Shown in pieces: positions 26,394-30,384 of a stretch of 30,384 nucleotides of DNA. The notes under the pieces were generated by a model that had not been told where the DNA came from, did no database searches, and saw only the letters and a program-made list of their open reading frames with translations. The stretch is from Acutalibacteraceae bacterium (lineage in GTDB: Bacteria > Bacillota > Clostridia > Oscillospirales > Acutalibacteraceae). Position 1 is the stretch's first letter, and every line of letters begins with the position of its first letter. The stretch is from contig JAXJSX010000105.1 of NCBI GenBank assembly GCA_036309925.1, positions 1 to 30,384 of the forward strand, written 5' to 3'. A program made the translations under genes and the position numbers.

Positions 26394-28040
26394 TTATATA
26401 ATCACTCTTATTTTTGTACCCTTGCCGACTTCGCTTTGAAATTCGATCTTACCGCCGTGATATTGAACTGCGTGCTTAACAATAGAAAGGCCGAGCCCTG
26501 TACCGCCGGTTTCTTTTGAATGACTTTTATCTACACGGTAGAAACGCTCAAAAATTCGGGCGTGGTGTTCGGGGACGATACCAATACCGGTATCATCAAC
26601 ACAAATTACGGTGCTGCCATTTTCTTTGCGTATATCCACAGTGACCTTACCGCCGTCCACATTATAGCGGATTGCATTATCACACAAATTATAGATAATT
26701 TCATAAATATATCTGCGAACACCGCTTATCATACAACATTCACCCTTGATTTCGAGCGTGACATTCTTTTTAACAGCAACTGATGATAATGTATCTGCGA
26801 CCTCTTTAGCGACATCTGCTACATCAAATTCTTCTGCTAACGGTGCATTGTTTTCATCAAGCTGTGATAAGCGGATAATATCATTGATAAGACTGACAAG
26901 CCTTGTGGCTTCGTTTTTAATATTTCCGATAAACCTTGCCGTGTCTTCCGGCTTTACAAGCCCGTTTTCTAAAAGTTCAGCACTTCCGATAATGGACTGC
27001 AAGGGGGTTTTGAGTTCGTGCGAAACATTTGCGGTAAACTCCTGGCGGTTTCGTTCAGCAAATGCTTTGTCGGTGATATCAAAACCTAAAATTACTGCAC
27101 CGAGCGTTTTACCGCCCGACTCAATACGGCTTATGTCAAACTGATATTCATTGCCGTTTTTTTGCGCTCGAAATTCGCTGTGTTTACCATTAAGCGCATC
27201 ATTGACCGCTTTACTCATTTCAATGCTTCTGTCAATGGTAAGAAAATCGCAGTTTGTTTTACTGTCTGTCACAGAGAATATGCGCTTCGCGGCTTGATTC
27301 ATACTAAGTACCATTCCGTGTACATCGAGCAAAATAAGTCCCTCGTTCATTGATGATATTATCTGTTCAAACTCATCGGTTTTTTGTCGTAGGAGTTTGA
27401 CTTGTTTTCCGATTTCCTTATGTTGCTTGCTGATTTTATAAAGGATGGGCGACAGTTCTTCGTATGTATCGTTTTCGGTCGGATGTTCAAGATCCAATTT
27501 GTTAAGAGGCTTGACAATGCCTTTTGCCATTCGGCGTGCAACTAAAACCGAAATAATTACCGCACAGGCAAAAATTATAATCATCGGAACAAGTGCATTG
27601 AGCAAAAGAGTAAATACCGAGTCAACAGATGTTGCAACACGAAGTACCGTCCCGTCAGTCAAACGATATGCACTGTAAAGCATTTTTTGCGTTAAGGTTT
27701 CGGAATAACGAGCACTTTCGCCGTAACCGCTGTCTATAGCTTCTGAAATTTCCTCACGGTCAATATGATTGTACATACTTATGGCATCAGCCTTGGAATC
27801 GAATAATACTTCGCCGTTTTCGTCCACCCAAGTGATTCGAAAATTATCGTCTGAAAGGTTTTCTAAATAATCTTTGCCGCTAAGTTCCACGCCTTTAACT
27901 GCAAGTGAAAGTTCTGATTTTAACTGCGCAGTCGTAAAGTTTTCAAAGTGGTCATAAAGCACTAATGTTACAACCGACAAACTGATTAGTAACACAGCGG
28001 TTGCAACAACTAAAATTGAACGGAAAATTTTTTTGGTCAT
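26394..28040 (-). CDS. phoR: Sensor histidine kinase, PhoR-like
   Basis: Two TM helices, PAS-like region, EFTANVSHELKTPL, NLCDNAIRY, DTGIGI, FERFYRVDKS and GGTGLGLSIVKH. Lies in the pst operon. Confidence 0.9.
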   Translation of the reverse strand: MTKKIFRSILVVATAVLLISLSVVTLVLYDHFENFTTAQLKSELSLAVKGVELSGKDYLENLSDDNFRITWVDENGEVLFDSKADAISMYNHIDREEISEAIDSGYGESARYSETLTQKMLYSAYRLTDGTVLRVATSVDSVFTLLLNALVPMIIIFACAVIISVLVARRMAKGIVKPLNKLDLEHPTENDTYEELSPILYKISKQHKEIGKQVKLLRQKTDEFEQIISSMNEGLILLDVHGMVLSMNQAAKRIFSVTDSKTNCDFLTIDRSIEMSKAVNDALNGKHSEFRAQKNGNEYQFDISRIESGGKTLGAVILGFDITDKAFAERNRQEFTANVSHELKTPLQSIIGSAELLENGLVKPEDTARFIGNIKNEATRLVSLINDIIRLSQLDENNAPLAEEFDVADVAKEVADTLSSVAVKKNVTLEIKGECCMISGVRRYIYEIIYNLCDNAIRYNVDGGKVTVDIRKENGSTVICVDDTGIGIVPEHHARIFERFYRVDKSHSKETGGTGLGLSIVKHAVQYHGGKIEFQSEVGKGTKIRVII

Positions 28041-28711
28041 TGTTTGTCCTCCAAACGATATCCTACTCCGATTACAGTTTTAATCTGTACTCCGGCATTG
28101 CCGAGTTTTCGTCTTAGTGTTTTAATGTGCATATCCACAGTACGCGTCTCACCCACATAATCCATACCCCAAATATCATTCATCAGTTTATCTCTTGAAA
28201 AGACAATGTCGGGATTTTTCATAAAGACACGCAAAATCTCAAACTCTTTATGTGTAAGTTCGATTTTTTCACCGTTCGCAATAACCGTATGTTCTTTTTC
28301 TTTAAGGATTATATCGCCAATCTTCAGCGCATCACCATCAGTTTGTGACTTACAACGACGGAGTACCGCTTTGACACGAGCAACCATTTCCATAACACCG
28401 AAAGGTTTAACAAGATAATCGTCCGCACCAAAATTGAGTCCTTCTATTTTATCCATTTCGGTACCTTTGGCGGTAGCCATAATAACAGGTATATCTTTAT
28501 ATTTTGATGAGGACCGCAGTTTTTTGAGTATTTCGATTCCGTCTTCACCCGGGAGCATAATATCAAGAATAATAAGCTCAGGCCTTTCAGTTTCGAGTGC
28601 TTGAAAAAAACTACAACCGTCTGCAAATCCCCGTGCTTTAAATCCGGTTGACTCTAATGTATAAACCTCAATGTCGCGGATGGTATTGTCGTCATCAACA
28701 CACCATATCAT
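28037..28711 (-). CDS. phoP: OmpR-family response regulator, PhoB/PhoP-like
   Basis: VDDD, LDIMLP, GADDYLVKPF and TRTVDMHIKTLRRKL...GVGYR. Confidence 0.88.
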   Translation of the reverse strand: MIWCVDDDNTIRDIEVYTLESTGFKARGFADGCSFFQALETERPELIILDIMLPGEDGIEILKKLRSSSKYKDIPVIMATAKGTEMDKIEGLNFGADDYLVKPFGVMEMVARVKAVLRRCKSQTDGDALKIGDIILKEKEHTVIANGEKIELTHKEFEILRVFMKNPDIVFSRDKLMNDIWGMDYVGETRTVDMHIKTLRRKLGNAGVQIKTVIGVGYRLEDKQ

Positions 28712-28714
28712 ACT

Positions 28715-29359
28715 TTAAACTCCTTTGTGTACACCTGTAACGGAAAATTCAACCCATTCTGCAATGTTTACTGCGTGATCGCCGATACGTTCAAAGTATT
28801 TTGCAATCATAAGCAGGTCGATTGCATATTCTCCGTCTGTCTGTGTTTGTGAAATCATTTTAATAAGCGTCTGCTTGACTTTACTAAAACAACTGTCAAC
28901 AATATCGTCTTGCCTGTGGACAGATTTAGCAAGTTCCACATCCTGCTTTACATAAGCATCAATGCTGTCAGTCACCATTTTGCTTGTGGTTTTTGCCATT
29001 TGACGAAAACTGCTGAGTTCGCTTCCGCTTCTGCCGTTAAGGTAGGGAATAATCTCGGCAATATCCTCTGCTTGATCGCCAATGCGCTCCATATCAGTAA
29101 TCATTTTAAGAGCGGCGGAAATTTGTCGCAAGTCTTTTGCAACAGGTTGTTGTTGTAAAAGCAGTTTTAAGCAAATAGACTCAATTTCTCTTTCCATTTC
29201 ATCAATTTCGTGACCGTCAGCCCTAACTTTTTTCGCACTCTCCAAATCGCCTTCAAGCAATGCTTCTTCAGCAAGTTCAATAACGCGTTCGCACAGCGCA
29301 CCCATTTCAATCATTTTTTTATTAAGCATTAAAAGCTGTTCATCAAATCTGTTTCTCAT
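28715..29359 (-). CDS. phoU: Phosphate signalling protein PhoU
   Basis: QQPVAKDLR, DMERIGDQA and YFERIGDHAVNIAE. Confidence 0.96.
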   Translation of the reverse strand: MRNRFDEQLLMLNKKMIEMGALCERVIELAEEALLEGDLESAKKVRADGHEIDEMEREIESICLKLLLQQQPVAKDLRQISAALKMITDMERIGDQAEDIAEIIPYLNGRSGSELSSFRQMAKTTSKMVTDSIDAYVKQDVELAKSVHRQDDIVDSCFSKVKQTLIKMISQTQTDGEYAIDLLMIAKYFERIGDHAVNIAEWVEFSVTGVHKGV

Positions 29360-29362
29360 ATA

Positions 29363-30115
29363 TCAACCAAACCTTCCTGTAATGTAATCTTCGGTGTTCT
29401 TTTTCTTGGGGTTTGAGAACATTTCATTGGTATTGCCGTATTCCACAAGTTCACCTAAAAGGAAGAAAGCGGTTTTATCCGATATACGAACAGCCTGTTG
29501 CATATTATGGGTTACTATAATTATAGTATACTTCTTTTTAAGTTCATTTGCAAGGTCTTCTATTTTAGAAGTTGAAATAGGATCAAGTGCGCTTGTAGGT
29601 TCGTCCATTAAAATTACTTTAGGTTTTACGGCAAGTGCGCGGGCAATACAAAGTCTTTGCTGTTGACCGCCTGATAGACCGAGTGCCGACTTTTTCAGTC
29701 TGTCCTTGACTTCATCCCAAATAGCCGCACCTTTAAGTGATTCTTCTACAATCTCATCAAGTTTAACCTTGTTTTTGATACCGTGAGTACGCGGACCGTA
29801 AGCGATATTATCATAAATGCTCATAGGGAAGGGGTTGGGTTTTTGAAACACCATTCCGATATCTCTGCGCAGTTCGTTTACATCAACGCTTTTATCAAAA
29901 ATATTGGTGCCGTTATAGCAAACTTTTCCCTCAATTTTCACACCGGGTATTAAATCGTTCATACGGTTGAGTGTTTTAAGAAAGGTGGATTTTCCGCAAC
30001 CCGAAGGACCGATAAGTGCGGTGATGGTATTTTCTTCTATTTCGATATTAACATCTTTGAGAGCTTTGGAGGTATTATACCATAAATTTAAGTTATCTAC
30101 TGTAATTATACTCAT
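29363..30115 (-). CDS. pstB: Phosphate ABC transporter ATPase
   Basis: [40 protein letters not shown] and YITGRFG. AAGGAG RBS before ATG 30115. Confidence 0.97.
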   Translation of the reverse strand: MSIITVDNLNLWYNTSKALKDVNIEIEENTITALIGPSGCGKSTFLKTLNRMNDLIPGVKIEGKVCYNGTNIFDKSVDVNELRRDIGMVFQKPNPFPMSIYDNIAYGPRTHGIKNKVKLDEIVEESLKGAAIWDEVKDRLKKSALGLSGGQQQRLCIARALAVKPKVILMDEPTSALDPISTSKIEDLANELKKKYTIIIVTHNMQQAVRISDKTAFFLLGELVEYGNTNEMFSNPKKKNTEDYITGRFG

Positions 30116-30384
30116 TTGTTTCTCCTTTTCTTGAAATACCAACCAACAAGGTCGGCTGTAAGGTTAATGATAAGTGTCAGCACCATTAAAATAGCGGCAA
30201 TAGCAAAGGCAACCTCAAATTCGCCTTGTTCTTTTGCGTATACATAAAGCGCAACTGTAAGGGTAGCGCCTGAACTTGTCAGACCTTCAAAAATTCCGTT
30301 TAAAGCGTGGGCAAAACCTGCTGTGAAAAGAAGCGCCGCAGACTCACCTAATATTCTGCCGACTGAAAGAATACATCCTGTGAC
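30112..30384 (-). CDS. pstA: Phosphate ABC transporter permease, 3' part (5' end outside the window; absent from the ORF track)
   Basis: Minus frame from 30384 reads [23 protein letters not shown]...[10 protein letters not shown]...FKKRRNK*, with ATGA overlap into pstB. Confidence 0.9.
   Translation of the reverse strand, partial: VTGCILSVGRILGESAALLFTAGFAHALNGIFEGLTSSGATLTVALYVYAKEQGEFEVAFAIAAILMVLTLIINLTADLVGWYFKKRRNK

Overview
A chromosomal segment from a low-GC Gram-positive bacterium. Gene families, Firmicute-type RBS and sigmaA promoters, a cwlD-like gene and a class B sortase point to a spore-forming Clostridia member; this is inference. Left to right: the end of a purine operon (purN, stand-alone PurO-like IMP cyclohydrolase, AICAR-formyltransferase-only purH, purD); a cwlD-like amidase and radA; a small Cys-rich ORF divergent from an adaptor + MacB/FtsX permease + DUF6873-like operon with no ATPase; rpsU; yqeG, an Nfo-like TIM barrel, aroQ, efp and an acidic Cys-Asp-repeat zinc-ribbon protein; and an orphan class B sortase. 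Next is a ~11.5 kb maltose/maltodextrin module: MFS transporter, C-terminally truncated PTS enzyme I, HPr without Ser46, malQ, mapP-like phosphatase, EIIA-C-B PTS, LacI regulator, glucan phosphorylase and AraC regulator. XRE and membrane-anchored MerR regulators follow, then the 3' end of a pst/pho operon (pstA partial, pstB, phoU, response regulator, PhoR-like kinase). I saw no rRNA, tRNA, CRISPR array, transposase or integrase. Most of the content is ordinary, and no clearly new system is demonstrable from sequence alone. The best leads are the private, apparently incomplete PTS relay, the ATPase-less exporter/DUF6873/Cys-peptide locus, and the XRE/MerR pair sharing a dyad motif. All family calls come from motif recognition by eye; no database search was run.
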